Shown: piece by piece, positions 10,173-22,420 of the stretch
How the letters are laid out: each line of letters begins with the position of its first letter
Numbering within the stretch: position 1 is the stretch's first letter
NCBI GenBank assembly: GCA_963816395.1
Contig: CAWFKQ010000001.1
Span: 48,636-112,635, forward strand
Source: an uncultured delta proteobacterium
Lineage (GTDB): Bacteria; Desulfobacterota; Desulfuromonadia; Desulfuromonadales; JACZKF01
Reading direction: 5' to 3'
Length of the DNA: 64,000 nucleotides
Made by a program: the position numbers and the translations under genes
Notes under the pieces: generated by a model
Database searches by the model: none
What the model saw: the letters and a program-made list of their open reading frames with translations, nothing else
Told to the model about the DNA's origin: nothing

Positions 10173-12560
10173 TTAATTTAGTGGGAGGAAAAGAATGTAA
10201 AACAGTACTTCGGGATCCAGATGAAATCTGTCAGAGAATGCCGTTGCAACAGCGGCGGATGGCAGCCAGAAACTCCCGTGCCTGTTCGACCGCCATAATC
10301 GCGTCATCATCCGTCGGTGCGACCATATCCTTGTAATCGGCAACCTGGCGGGCATCGAAGAGTTGATGAAGCATCCGGGAATATCGCGTGTCCAGTTTGC
10401 CCGTGCGTACAAATTCCCGGTATTGAAATTTCCTGTTACTGTGAAATTTTCACCCGTGTCGGGGCGAGTTAAATAAAATACCATTTTCATTCCATTGTCG
10501 ACCATAGGAAGTGACAGGGTAACTTGTATTCCAACACTTTCGCCTAGAACTATTTCATCTCCTCCCAGCAAAGACGCATCTTCGGTAAATGTAATCAAAT
10601 CAATGCCACTGTAGAATTCTGCACGGTAGCAGATGAAAGGTCCCGTAGAGTTGTTTTTTATAGTTGCAGAAAATACAGAGCCAGCTTGCCAATAGTTGCC
10701 AACTTGCACTCCGCTCGAAGAAGTTGATACAGAAAATAGTTGAGAATAATCCGAATAGCTATTGATGGTAATTGCATCTTCCAAACTACTCACCAGACCA
10801 TCATCAACGATCAATTTCAGCACGTAAGTGCCGTCCATATCAGCAGTGAAAGTGGGATTAGCGGCAGCCGGGTCCGACAGGGTCGCCGTGCTGCCGGCCG
10901 GCAGTGAGATAGGAAGGTCCAGCTATAGGTCAGCTGATCGCCCTCAGATCGGAGTGGCGCTACCATCCAAGGTGACAACAGCGCCGGTCGCCACGCTCTG
11001 GTCGGCACCCGCATTGGCGACAGGCGCCGAATTGGCTGTGGCCGCCGTGATGGTGACGGAGTCCGTCTGGCTGCTCACAGTGCCGTCATTGATGGACAGG
11101 CTCAGCACGTAGGTGCCGTCCAGATCAGCGGTTAAGGTGGGTTTGGCAATGGCCGGATCCGACAGAGCCGCAGAGCTGCCGGCTGGCCGTGAAGTAAAGG
11201 CCCAGCTGTAGGTCAGCTGATCGCCGTCGGCATCCGAGCTTTTGCTGCCGTCGAGAGTCACCAAGCTGCCGGTCGCTACATTTTGGTCGGGACCGGCATT
11301 GGCCACAGGAGCTGAGTTGGCAGTGGCCGCCGTGATGGTGACGGAATCGGCCTGGCTGCTCACAGTGCCGTCATTGACGGTCACGCTCAGCACGTAGGTG
11401 CCGTCCAGATCGGCGGTGAAGGTGGGTTTGGCAACGCTCGGGTCGGAGAGGCCTGCAGAGCTGCCCGTGGGCTTGGAGCTGATCATCCAGCTGTAGGTCA
11501 GCTGATCGCCGTCGGCATCCGAGCTGGCGCTGCCGTCGAGGGTCACGAGGCTGCCGGTCGCCACGTTCTGGTCGGCACCCGCATTGGCGACAGGCGCCGA
11601 ATTGGCTGTGGCCGCCGTGATGGTGACGGAGTCCGTCTGGCTGCTCACAGTGCCGTCATTGATGGACAGGCTCAGCACGTAGGTGCCGTCCAGATCAGCG
11701 GTGAAGGTGGGTTTGGCAATGGCCGGATCCGACAGAGCCAGCAGAGCTGCCGGCTGGCCGTGAAGTAAAGGCCCAGCTGTAGGTCAGCTGATCGCCGTCG
11801 GCATCCGAGCTTTTGCTGCCGTCGAGAGTCACCAAGCTGCCGGTCGCTACATTTTGGTCGGGACCGGCATTGGCCACAGGAGCTGAGTTGGCAGTGGCCG
11901 CCGTGATGGTGACGGAATCGGCCTGGCTGCTCACAGTGCCGTCATTGACGGTCACGCTCAGCACGTAGGTGCCGTCCAGATCGGCGGTGAAGGTGGGTTT
12001 GGCAACGCTCGGGTCGGAGAGGCCTGCAGAGCTGCCCGTGGGCTTGGAACTGATCATCCAGCTGTAGGTCAGCTGATCGCCGTCGGCATCCGAGCTGGCG
12101 CTGCCGTCGAGGGTCACGAGGCTGCCGGTCGCCACGTTCTGGTCGGCACCCGCATTGGCGACAGGCGCCGAGTTTCCAAAGGCTGCTGTAATCGTGACGG
12201 AATCCGCCTGGCTGCTTACAGTGCTGTCATTGACGGTCAGGCTCAGCACGTAGGTGCCGTCCAGGTCGGCAGTGAAGGTGGGCTTTGCAATTGCCGGGTC
12301 CGACAGGGTTGACGTGCTGCCTGCCGGCCGTGAAGTGAAGGCCCAGTTGTAGGTCAGTTGGTCGCCGTCGGCATCGGAGCTGGCGCTGCCGTCCAGCATG
12401 ACAAGTGTGCCGGTCGTTACGCTCTGGTCGGTGCCTGCCTTGGCAACGGGAGCAGTATTGCCCGAATCCCCACCGTCCCCGGAAGGACTATCCGAGCCTC
12501 CCCCCCGCCGCATCCAGCCAGCAATATCAATGCAACCAAAACAAACCACCATTTTTTCAT
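10173..12560 (-). CDS. surface lipoprotein with six tandem PKD/Ig-like repeats (frameshifts ~12505, ~11740, ~10950)
   Basis: [17 protein letters not shown] lipobox; six ~95-aa units [31 protein letters not shown]...DLDGTYVL. Confidence 0.85.
10231..10419 (-). pseudogene. C-terminal remnant of a HEPN-domain protein
   Basis: Hand translation [31 protein letters not shown]...[13 protein letters not shown] (RxxxxY motif); no N-terminus. Confidence 0.7.
11000..12170. repeat. near-identical ~570-bp tandem duplication within the PKD gene
   Basis: Identical stretches at offset 570-571, e.g. 11041 vs 11611. Confidence 0.85.
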
Positions 12561-12788
12561 ACCTTCCTCCCTCGTTTGGGCATGCGCCCTTCCATTGAGA
12601 GGGAGAAAGTCGGGTCATCGCGATCCATCAATCCCCCCTCGGATAAACCAGCATTCGCGAATATCGCACAATAGCAATATCCCACCTGACCTCTTTGGAA
12701 TTTCTCATAATAGTTTGGGGATTGCGAAGAATCAAGGTCAAATTTTCCCATCTTGGGAAATCGAGGACTCACGGCCAATATCCGGGGC

Positions 12789-12935
12789 ATGAAGTCAATT
12801 TATGACCCGCGCTATGTAGCTATTATCAAACATCTCCGGCGGGTACGCCAAGCTCGGCATATTACCCAGCAGGAGCTTGTGAAAAAGCTCGGTCGGCCGA
12901 TGTCCTATATGACCAAGGTGGAGACTTTGGAGCGG
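12789..12935 (+). pseudogene. truncated XRE-family HTH regulator
   Basis: MKSIYDPRY...ITQQELVKKLGRPMSYMTKVETLER, then runs into antisense gltB. Confidence 0.7.
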
Positions 12936-15900
12936 ACCGGCGGGCGCACCGCCGTCCCTTCCGGCACGATCTTGACGAAGCGGGTGCGGCAGCGGGCCAG
13001 CACCTGCTCCACCCAGTCGGCCTCTTCCGTCTGGTGCGAGTGGAGGAGCTCCCGGTGATACTGCAGGAGCAGCTCGCCGAGACCAGCCACATCCTCCTCT
13101 TCCAGATTGCGGATCTCCACTCCGGCGCCTCGGGCCAGGCGCCGGCGCAGGGCCTCGCGGGTCATGCCCAGCGCCTCGTCGAGGTGGCAGTAGACCGTCC
13201 CGCCGGTCATGCCGGAGCAGATCCAGGGACCTGGGTCGCCCAGCACCACCGCCCTTCCGGCCGTCATGTACTCGAAGGCGAAGCCCTTGACGTTGGCGCG
13301 GCCGGCGATATTGCCGGCGGTGTCGTCGAGGGGGCGGCGCAGGCGGCCGCCGAGGACCACATCGGCGCCGGAGAGGCGGATGCCGGCGCGGCTGTCGGCG
13401 TCTCCCTGGATGAAGAAGGTGCCGCCGGTGGCGCCGTAGGCCAGCCCCTTGCCGACGGCGCCGCCGACCCGCAGCCCATTGCGGTTCTCCCCCTTGAGGA
13501 TGACGATGCGGCCGCCGCGGGCGCTCTTGCCGACGCCGTCCTGGGCGCCCCCCTCGACCCGGATGTTGATGCGCGGGATGTTGAAGGCGGCCAGGCCGTT
13601 GCCGGGGATCGAATCGCGGCCGAAGTGCAGCAGCACCTCTTTCCCCTCGCCGTAGCGCCCCTCGGCGACCGCCCGGGTCATGGCTCCGGCGAGCCGGGTG
13701 CCGATGGCCCGGTCGGAGCTCGAAGCGTTGTAATCGTCATAGCGTACGCGCTCCTCGCCGCCCTCGAAGGCCTCCGTAACCAGCCCGGCGATGAGGGAGG
13801 TCAGGTAGTTCAGCGGCTTGCGGATGATCCGCACCTTCGGCTCGCGGCGCCGGCCGCCATCGGCGGCGATCGGGGCGAGCAGATCGGTCAGGTCGAGACG
13901 CTCCTCTCCCTGCGCCTGCAGCAGCAGGTCGGCGCGGCCTACCAGGTCCTGGCTGCGGCGGATCCCGAGGCGGGCGGTGAGGGTGCGGATCTCCTCCCCG
14001 AGGGCGCGGAAGAAGGTGGTCTCGTAGATGACGCCGTTTTCCAGGACGCGGGGGACGAAGCGTTTCAGGCCGCGCCGGCCCGCCTCCTCCACCGTCTCCA
14101 CCTGGGTGGCGATCCCCACGTGGCAGGTATCGAGGTGGCAGCCGCGACAGGCGGTGCAGCCGATCACCACCATCGGCAGGGTGCCGAAGCCGACCCGGTT
14201 GGCCCCCAGCAGCATCAGCTTGACCACATCACGGCCGCTGCGGGCGCCGCCGTCCGCCCACAGCTCCACCCGCCGGCGCAGGCCGGCCTCGGCCAGGGCG
14301 CGGTGCGCCTCGCGCACGCCGATTTCGGCGGGCAGGCCGACGAACTTGATGGCGTGCTTGCGGGCGGCGCCGGTGCCGCCGTCATAGCCGCTGATGGTGA
14401 TGATGTCGGCCCCCGCCTTGGCGATCCCCAGGCTGATGGTGCCGATGCCGGCCACCGCCGGCACCTTGACCGCGATGCGGGCGTGCGGATTGGCGGTGCG
14501 CAGCTCCTCGATGATCTGCGCCAGGTCCTCGATGGAGTAGATGTCGTGGTTATTGGAGGGGGAGATCAGCCCCACCCCGATTGTGGCGTTGCGGGCGGCG
14601 GCGATCTTGGCGGTGACCTTGAAGCCGGGCAGGTGCCCGCCTTCCCCCGGCTTGGCCCCCTGGCCGACCTTGATCTCCAGCACGTCGGCGGAGTTGAGCA
14701 GGTCCATGTGCACGCCGAAACGGCCGGAGGCGACCTGCTGGCCGCGGTGGCGGCGGTACTTGCCGAGCATGTCGGCGATCTCCCCCCCCTCGCCGTTCAT
14801 GCAGAGGATGTTCAGGCGCCTGGCCGCCTCGGCATAGATGCGAAAAGGGGTCTCCCCCTGCGAACCGAAGCTCATGGCGGAGAAGAGGATCGGCAGGTCG
14901 TGACCGCCGACGGAGGTGTCCACCTCCTGCGGATCGACCGCCGGGGCATCGGCGAAGCGGAAGTCGATCAGATGGCGGATGGCCAGCGGGTTCTCCGCCT
15001 CCAGCTGCCGGATGTGGCGCGAGAGGTCGGTGTAGTTCTCCTCCATCTTGGCCACCGCCCCGACCATCTTCCAGATGCGCGGGTAGAGGCGGAACTGGGC
15101 CGGCACCGGCTGCTTCTCCCGGCTGCGGGCGACGGCGTCGCGGGCGCGGTGGTCGCCTTCCAGGCGGGCGAAGGTCAGGCCGCCCCGCTCCGAGCCGCAG
15201 AAGTTGGGGGTCTGGAAGATCGCCGCCAGTTCCGGGGCGAGGCCGATAGAGGCGAAATACCTGCCGTAGCCGCCGATCTCGTGGGTGCCCATGGTGGAGA
15301 TCACCTTCTCCAGCCCCTGCCGCAGCAGCGCGAGCAGGTTTCTCAGCCCGACTTCCTCGCGGGCGGCCAGTTCCCACATCAGGTAGGGGCAGAGGGCGTC
15401 GGCCCCCATGCCGAGGCAGAAGATCAGGTCGTGCAGGTTGCGCAGGGCGCCGGAGCGCAGCACCAGGGAGCAGCGGCGGCGCAGGCTTTCGCCGCCGCTG
15501 CCGGTCGTCTCCGCCAGGGCCTGGTGCAGGGCGGCCACCGCCAGGAAAGGGTCGAGGAAGTGGCGGCCGGCGGCGAAGGCCTGGCTGTCGTCGAGCAGCA
15601 GCAGGAAGGCGCCGCCGCGGGCGGCGGCGACCGCCTCCCGGCGCAGGCGGGCGAGAGCTTCGGGGACCGTCTCCCGGCCGCGCAGGGTACAGGAGAGGAC
15701 GCGGCAGCGCCGCGCGCCGCCGGCGGCGAAATGGGCGAGGAGGGCCTCCAGGGTGCAGGTGCCGAAAGCCTCGGCCGTTTCCGCGTCTGCCCTTTCCGCG
15801 CCCAGCCGCCGGCCGCCGGTGAGCAGCGGCAGCGCCAGGCTGACCGCCGGCCGCGGCCGGCCGCCGAGGCGCGGGCGCGGGCCGAGAAAGACCCGGAGGG

Positions 15901-17463
15901 AGAAATGCTCGGTCTCCCGCTCCCGGTCGATGGCGGGGTTGGTCACCACCGCCACCTGCTCCTTGAAGTAGTCGGCGAGGTTCTGCCGGCCGGCGGCCAG
16001 GGCCGCCAGGGGGCCGTCGTAGCCGAGGGAGGCGATGGGATCGGTGCCGGAGGCGGCCATCTCCTTGAGGTTGCGCAGGTCGCTGTGCTTCCAGGCGAGG
16101 GCCGAAAGCAGGTTCTCCTGGAGGAGTTCCCGGCTGCGGGTAAAGCCCTCGACCGCCGGCGCTATCGCCGGCGGCAGGGCCGGCGCTTCGACCAGGGCAG
16201 CCGCGTGCCCGGCGAGGTCGGCGCGCCGGCGAAAGCCGGCCAGCACCTCGCGCCGCAGCTCCTCATGCGCCAGGATGCGCGTCCGCCTGCCGGGGGACAG
16301 GCGCACGCCGACCTTTTCCCCGGGCGCCAGCGGCTTCGGATCGGCGAGGATCTCCTCCTGCGGCACCACCCCCACCTCGGAGGAGGCGAAGAATTCCTTC
16401 TCGGTCTCCCCGAACCACAGGGGGCGCAGCCCCATGGCATCAACGGAGAAGACGCAGCGGTCGTGGTGGCGGGCGATGATCGCCGCCGGCCCCTGGGCGC
16501 TGGCGGTGAAGAGGCGGCGGCAGAAGGTGTACAACGCGCGCAGCTCCTCCGGCATCTCCTCCATGGCGCTGAAGATGGGGGGAAGAGGACCTCCATCGCC
16601 TCGAACAGGGTCAGCCCGTGCCGGTGGATGAGTCCCTCCAGGGTGCGGTTGAGGTCCTGGGAGTCGCTGCCGCCGGGGGGCAGGGGCAGGCCGAGCAGGC
16701 GCGCCTCCTCGCGCAGTCGGGCGATGGTGTTGATCTCGCCGTTGTGGCCGAGCAGGCTGAAGGGCTGGGCGCGCAGCACCGTCGGCAGGGTATTGGTGGA
16801 GAAGCGGCTGTGGCCGATGGTGACCGAGGAGAGAAAATCCCGCCGCTTCAGCTCCGGGTAGTAGCGGGCGAGCTGCTCCGGCGCCCCCTGCAGCTTGTAG
16901 GCGGCGACCCGGGTGGACAGGGAGGCGATGTGCACCGGCGTTTCGGCCTCGATCCGCTGGTGCAGTTCGTACAGCCGCGCCGGCGCCGGCGCCGTCTCGG
17001 CAAAGTGCAGGGCCACCTGCAGGAAGTGCGGTTCGGCGCGGCGGGCTGCCGCCGAGAGGACTTCGCTGCGCACCGTCCCGGGGCGTTCCAGCAGTACCCG
17101 GGCGCCGGCGGCGCGGAACCAGTTGAGGATCTCCTCCGCCAGTTCCGGTCGCTCCGCCAGGGCCTGGCGCGGCACCAGCAGGTGGCCGAGGGCGAAGCCG
17201 GGGGTTTCGGCGAGCTCCGGCGGGTGGCCGGCGCCGGCCAGGTAGTCGCGCCACAGCCGGCGCGGGATATCGGTGAGAACGCCGCAGCCGTCCCCCTCGC
17301 CGCTGATCTCCCCCGCCCGGTGTCCCATCTTGATCAGCGCCTCGATGGTGCGCTGCAGGTTGCCGTGCGTCGGCTGGCCGGCCTTGTTCAGGTAGCAGAT
17401 GATGGCGCAGGCGTCCCGCTCGGCGGGCATCAGGCCGGAGGGGTCGTCAGGGTAGGGTTGCAT
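12905..17463 (-). CDS. gltB: glutamate synthase large subunit-like (frameshift in G run ~16580)
   Basis: ERDACAII, HSRFSTNT, HNGEINT, GQGAKPGEGG, CHLDTCHVG, FEYMTAG. Confidence 0.92.
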
Positions 17464-17473
17464 CGAATACTCC

Positions 17474-17516
17474 AGGTCGAAAGTCGAGGTTCAAGGTTCA
17501 AGGTTCAAGGTTCAAG
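17474..17516. repeat. tandem heptamer (AGGTTCA)x4 plus two degenerate units
   Basis: Read directly; lies just upstream of the gltB start. Confidence 0.85.
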
Positions 17517-17616
17517 TGGTCCTTCATTAACGGTAACCCCTCACTCCTGCCGGTGGCAAACGAAAAAAGGCGGACCGCTTGGCCCGCCTTCGTGGTATTG
17601 GAGACTGAAGGGGCGC

Positions 17617-18281
17617 TCAGATCATCTCCAGCAGCGCCTTGACCGTCTTCTCGATCCCCTCGGCGGCCTCGCTGATGCGGCCGGCCAGCATGTAGGCGGG
17701 GGTGGAGACGATCTTGTTGTCGCGGTCGACAATGAACTCGCGCACCGGGCAGGCCTCATGGGTGGTGCCCATCGCCTCGAGGGCCTTGGCGGTATCCCGA
17801 TCGCTGCCGATGGTCAGCTTGTGCGCCAGCTTGTCCTCCCCCAGGACCTTGGAGACGAGGGCGGGGGCGATGCAGACGGCGGCCAGCGGCTTCTTCGCCT
17901 TGACCACCTCCCGCACCAGCCGGGCGACCTCCGGGTGGATGGCGCAGTCCGGCGCCTTTGACGGCGAAATCGCACAGATTCTTGGCGGCGCCGAAGCCGC
18001 CGGGGAAGATCAGGGCGTCGAGATCGGCGGCCTTGACCTGCTGTGATGTCCTTGATCTTGCCGCGGGCGATACGCGCCGATTCCACCAGCACGTTGCGCT
18101 TCTCCCCGGCCGCCGGTTCGCCGGTCAGGTGGTTGACCACGTGCATCTGCTCGATATCCGGCGCCATGCAGACCGCCTCGGCGCCGGCCCGGTCAAGGGC
18201 GAGCAGGATGATGACCGCTTCATGGATCTCACTGCCGTCGAAAACGCCGCAGCCCGACAGGACGACTCCCACTTTCGGCAT
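17617..18281 (-). CDS. elbB: ElbB/ES1 family (DJ-1/PfpI superfamily) protein, frameshifts ~18040 and ~17950
   Basis: [42 protein letters not shown]. Confidence 0.9.
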
Positions 18282-18429
18282 GATCGCAACCTCCTTTCCG
18301 CAGGAAAAAATAAAGGGAAAAGCGGGCTGGCGCGAAGGCCGGTCCGTTAATCACTCAAGCGTAGAAAACCATTGGTGAAAAGTCAAGCGGCAGGTTTCAG
18401 ATGGGTACGGAAGGGCCGCTGGATTGGAT

Positions 18430-19281
18430 TCAGGAGTTCCCGGCCGTTTCCGCCAGGGGCTTGTACCAGATGTTCATGCATTCCAGGCAGCCGGAGATCT
18501 GGGTATTGCGGGTCAGGGTGCCGCCGTACTGGTAGCCGCAGCGGGCGAAAGTGATGTTCATGCCGAAGGAAACCGCCCGGGCGATGGTGAACAGGGTCTG
18601 CACCCCGCGCCGGCGCATCTCCCCTTCCATGCGGGTCAGCAGGGTGGTGGCCAGTCCCTGCCCCCGGCATTCGGGGAGGGTGGCGAAATCGGTCATTTCG
18701 GCGCTGCCCGCGGCCAGGTCCATCTCGGCCGAAGAGAGAGCGACGAGCGTTTCCCCCTGCCAGATGCCGAAATAGACGATGTTCTCCCGCATCGTTTTCT
18801 CCAGGTAGGCCGGGTCGTGGATGGGGAAGGGATAGGTGGCGAAAACGCGGCGGTAGATCCGGGCCATCGCTTCGGTATCCGCCGGGCCGGCCAGCCGGCA
18901 GCTGATGCCGGCGGCAGCCAGTTCTCCGTCCTCGGCCGCCGCCTTCTGCCGCGCGGTCTCCAGGACCTGGCGCAGCCGCTCGGGATCCTCCGGGCAACGG
19001 CGCTCGGGATCGAGGTACTTGGCCAGGAAGTGGGCGTCCTCGCGGCCGCGATAATAGCGGGGGATGCGGGCCTCGCGCCGGTAGCCGGCGGCGGCGAAGG
19101 TCGGTGCCGCCTGGGCCGGCACCTTGGCGATGATCTTGCTGTAGCCGCGGCTTTCTGCCAGTTGCTGCAGGTTCTCGGCGACCCCTTGCGGATCGCCGAC
19201 CAGCTTCATCAGGTAAGCCCGATCATTGGCCGGGCCGTGATGGACGAGCGACCCGGACAGGCTGGTAATCACGTCAGTCAT
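18430..19281 (-). CDS. ablB: putative beta-lysine N6-acetyltransferase
   Basis: [34 protein letters not shown]; overlaps the ablA stop. Confidence 0.88.
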   Translation of the reverse strand: MTDVITSLSGSLVHHGPANDRAYLMKLVGDPQGVAENLQQLAESRGYSKIIAKVPAQAAPTFAAAGYRREARIPRYYRGREDAHFLAKYLDPERRCPEDPERLRQVLETARQKAAAEDGELAAAGISCRLAGPADTEAMARIYRRVFATYPFPIHDPAYLEKTMRENIVYFGIWQGETLVALSSAEMDLAAGSAEMTDFATLPECRGQGLATTLLTRMEGEMRRRGVQTLFTIARAVSFGMNITFARCGYQYGGTLTRNTQISGCLECMNIWYKPLAETAGNS

Positions 19282-20581
19282 TATTTCTCCTTTCCAGGCG
19301 CTCGGTGTTCTCCGGGGTGAGGGCGTCGAGCCCGTCATCGCAGAGCAGGCGGGCGATCCCCACCGAGGTGAACTCCTCCCCCTCCGCCAGGTCGAGCTGC
19401 AGGTGGCAGTCCTCGCAGTTGCGGTCGCAGAAAATCGGCTCGTAGGAGTCGGGCTCCTTGTAGGTGGTGATCACCCCCTCGTAGTTGCGCAGCACCACCT
19501 TGTTGGTCGACCAGGAAATCAGATAATTGGGCATCACCGGGATCTTGCCGCCGCCGTGCGGGGCGTCGATGACGTAGGTCGGCACGGCGAAGCCGCTGGT
19601 ATGGCCGATCAGGCTCTCCAGGATCTCGATCCCCTTGCCCACCGGGGTGCGAAAATGCGACAGCCCTTCGGAGAGGTCGCACTGGTAGAGGTAATAGGGG
19701 CGGATGCGGTTCTGCACCAGCTTGTGCACCAGGGCCTTCATGATGCGCGGACAGTCGTTGACGCCGGCCAGCAGCACCGACTGGTTGCCCAGGGGAATGC
19801 CGGCGTCGGCCAGCCGGCGCAGCGCCGCCCGGGCGGCGGCGGTCATCTCCCGCGGATGGTTGAAATGGGTGTTGATCCACAGCGGATGGTGTTTCTTCAG
19901 CATCAGCGCCAGTTCTTCGGTGATCCGCTGGGGGAGAACCACCGGCGTGCGGGTGCCGATGCGGATCACTTCCACATGCGGAATGCGGCGCAGTTCGCCG
20001 AGAATCCAGTCCAGGTAGTCGTCGGAGAGCAGGAAGGGGTCGCCGCCGGAGAGCAGGACATCGCGGATCGCCTCATTGTCGCGCACGTAGTCGATGCCGG
20101 CCTCGATCGCTCCGCGGTCGGGGATGGAATCGACATCCCCCACCTTGCGCTTGCGGGTGCAGTGGCGGCAGTACATGGCGCAGACGTTGCTGACCTGCAG
20201 CAGGACCCGGTCGGGATAACGGTGGGTGATCACCTCCACCGGGCTGTCGCTGTCCTCGGCCAGGGGATCGGCCATGTCGCAGGGCTGCACCAGCAGTTCC
20301 GCCGGATCGGGGAAGGCCTGGCGGAAGACCGGATCCTGGCGGAAGTTTTCCCGGTCGATCAGGGAAAGATAATACGGGGTGATGGCGAGAGGAAACTTTT
20401 CCAGGGTTTGTTCGATCTCTTTTCTCTCTTCATCGCTGAAGCTGACCTCAAGAAGATCTTCAAAGCTGGAGAGATTTCTTATCGAATTTTTTACCTGCCA
20501 TTTCCAGTCTTGCCAGTTTCCCATCAATGTCCGAGGATTGACCTTCTTTGCAATCATTCTTTCCGTCTGATTATACGTCAT
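19274..20581 (-). CDS. ablA: lysine 2,3-aminomutase
   Basis: [35 protein letters not shown]. Confidence 0.93.
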   Translation of the reverse strand: MTYNQTERMIAKKVNPRTLMGNWQDWKWQVKNSIRNLSSFEDLLEVSFSDEERKEIEQTLEKFPLAITPYYLSLIDRENFRQDPVFRQAFPDPAELLVQPCDMADPLAEDSDSPVEVITHRYPDRVLLQVSNVCAMYCRHCTRKRKVGDVDSIPDRGAIEAGIDYVRDNEAIRDVLLSGGDPFLLSDDYLDWILGELRRIPHVEVIRIGTRTPVVLPQRITEELALMLKKHHPLWINTHFNHPREMTAAARAALRRLADAGIPLGNQSVLLAGVNDCPRIMKALVHKLVQNRIRPYYLYQCDLSEGLSHFRTPVGKGIEILESLIGHTSGFAVPTYVIDAPHGGGKIPVMPNYLISWSTNKVVLRNYEGVITTYKEPDSYEPIFCDRNCEDCHLQLDLAEGEEFTSVGIARLLCDDGLDALTPENTERLERRNND

Positions 20582-20657
20582 GATATGGATTTTCTCCTCT
20601 GCTGAAAGCCTGATATGATGTAATGCATGGATGGGATTTTTATCTGGAAGATTCAAT

Positions 20658-20686
20658 TTTGTAACAGCTAGGGAGGATTTTGTCAA
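20658..20686 (-). promoter_or_regulatory. sigma70-like promoter for ablAB
   Basis: TTGACA-17 nt-TACAAA on the minus strand. Confidence 0.55.
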
Positions 20687-20866
20687 CCTTACGGGGCCTG
20701 AAAGAACATGATATTCACCTCATTCAGTGGCTAAAAAATGCTGAAAGATGCCGAAATTACGCTAAAAGTCCGGTAATTTCGAAACATCCATATTCTCCTC
20801 TGTGTGGTCGGATGCGCCGAAAACGCGCGGCGTCGGCTGCGGGGAGGGAATTGGGGTAAATTTCCC

Positions 20867-20895
20867 TTGACAGGGAAGGAGGGTTTCGCTATTAA
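20867..20895 (+). promoter_or_regulatory. sigma70-like promoter for tRNA-Phe
   Basis: TTGACA-17 nt-TATTAA just upstream of the tRNA. Confidence 0.55.
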
Positions 20896-20907
20896 TTTGT
20901 ACCTCTC

Positions 20908-20983
<76 letters not shown>

Positions 20984-20992
20984 GAAAGAAAT

Positions 20993-21024
20993 AAGGGGTT
21001 GGCCATCTGGCCAACCCCTTTTTT
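20993..21024 (+). terminator. intrinsic terminator after the tRNA
   Basis: AAGGGGTTGGCCA/TGGCCAACCCCTT hairpin plus T run. Confidence 0.85.
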
Positions 21025-21130
21025 CTCCTCTCGCTTTCGCCTTGCCTAATCGGCCTTGTTTTCCCCGCCTGGATCGTTCCTCCTGACCCTGCAGGTCTAC
21101 CAAGGCCTTCTTTCTCTTGCTGCCTGCAAC

Positions 21131-21334
21131 TCAGCCACCGCTGGTCTCGTACAAGCCGGAAAGCGGGGCGATGTTCGGAGCGTCAGGGCTCGATGTCTTC
21201 GTTTGCGTCTGTTGGACATGGCTGGGGCACGCGCATTGGCTCTGGCAGTTATGGCTCTCCTGAGAATCTGCCGCGAAGGCGCTGCCGGCAGACAGCAGTC
21301 CGGCGAGGATCATGGTAATTGCCAAGGTTTTCAT
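21131..21334 (-). CDS. small secreted protein (67 aa) with a Cys/His cluster
   Basis: Signal peptide MKTLAITMILAGLLSAGSAFA; RBS AAAGGAG. Confidence 0.7.
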   Translation of the reverse strand: MKTLAITMILAGLLSAGSAFAADSQESHNCQSQCACPSHVQQTQTKTSSPDAPNIAPLSGLYETSGG

Positions 21335-21387
21335 GTGAGTTCTCCTTTCTGTGAGAAGTGAATGGAAGGGTTTCTTACTGTTCACTT

Positions 21388-21404
21388 AGCATCGTCGGTG
21401 CCAA
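21388..21404 (-). promoter_or_regulatory. candidate sigma54 promoter
   Basis: TTGGCACCGACGATGCT (GG-N10-GC) about 55 nt upstream of the small secreted protein. Confidence 0.5.
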
Positions 21405-21649
21405 CCTGGTCTTGGTCTTGCAAAATCCCAATTGACTCAGTAGCTTACGTTGAAAAACCTGTCTTTATCGCGCTTTCCTTGCAGGTCGATTTTGATGAAT
21501 ATTCTACATTCCGGTGCACAATATTCTTCCTCTGGTTAAAAATTCCATGCATGGATTGGCGGATGCCGCCGGGAGTCCACAGGGGACGGCGGCGGGTGAT
21601 AAGGTTAGGACAAGAAAACGCGGAAATGGTTCCGGAAAGGAGGAGAAGG

Positions 21650-22408
21650 ATGATTTTGCAGGGGAAGGCGGCGGTGGTCACCGGCGGCGGGCAGGGGATC
21701 GGCAAGGGAATTGCCAGGCGCTTTCTCGCCGAGGGGGCGCGGGTGGTGCTGGCGGAGGTGGACGGGGAAGCGGGGGAATCGGCGGTGCGGGAGCTTTCGG
21801 CTCTCGGCGAGGTGCGATTTATTCGCACCGACGTCGGCCGTGAGGAGGACGTCGGCAGGCTGCGGGAGGCGACCCTGACCGCCTTCGGCGGCCTCGATGT
21901 GCTGGTGAACAACGCCGGCATCATGATCCGCAAGCCGCTGGAACAGCTCTCGCTGGCGGAGTGGAACCGGGTGCTGGGGGTGAACCTTACCGGCGCCTTC
22001 CTCTGCGCCCGAGCGTTTGCGCCGGCGCTACGGCAGGCCGGCGGGTCGATCGTCAACATCGCCTCCACCCGCGCCCTGATGTCGGAGCCGGACACCGAAT
22101 CCTACTCGGCCGCGAAGGGAGGGCTGGTCGCCCTCACCCACGCCCTGGCCCTCAGCCTGGGGCCTCAGGTGCGGGTGAACTGCATCAGTCCGGGCTGGAT
22201 CGATGTCTCCGGCTGGCACCAGGCGGGGACGGCCGGGCAGGAAGAACTGTCGGAAGCGGACCACCGGCAGCACCCCGCCGGCCGGGTCGGCACCCCCGAG
22301 GACGTCGCCGCCCTGGCGCTCTACCTGGCCTCGGCCGAGAGCGGCTTCGTCACCGGGCAGAACTTTACCATCGACGGCGGAATGACGCGGAAGATGATCT
22401 ACGTCTGA
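21650..22408 (+). CDS. SDR family oxidoreductase
   Basis: TGGGQGIG, NNAG, YSAAK, TIDGG. Confidence 0.93.
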   Translation: MILQGKAAVVTGGGQGIGKGIARRFLAEGARVVLAEVDGEAGESAVRELSALGEVRFIRTDVGREEDVGRLREATLTAFGGLDVLVNNAGIMIRKPLEQLSLAEWNRVLGVNLTGAFLCARAFAPALRQAGGSIVNIASTRALMSEPDTESYSAAKGGLVALTHALALSLGPQVRVNCISPGWIDVSGWHQAGTAGQEELSEADHRQHPAGRVGTPEDVAALALYLASAESGFVTGQNFTIDGGMTRKMIYV

Positions 22409-22420
22409 ATCCTGGCGGCT

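Noticed and set aside
11000..12460. Long regular repeats as a CRISPR array
   Set aside because: Units are ~285-bp coding domain repeats with no unique spacers, and there are no cas genes.
13034..16861. 1275-aa plus-strand ORF and similar long antisense ORFs (e.g. 4093-6426, 47361-49952)
   Set aside because: Shadow frames of GC-rich genes on the opposite strand; no recognisable motifs.
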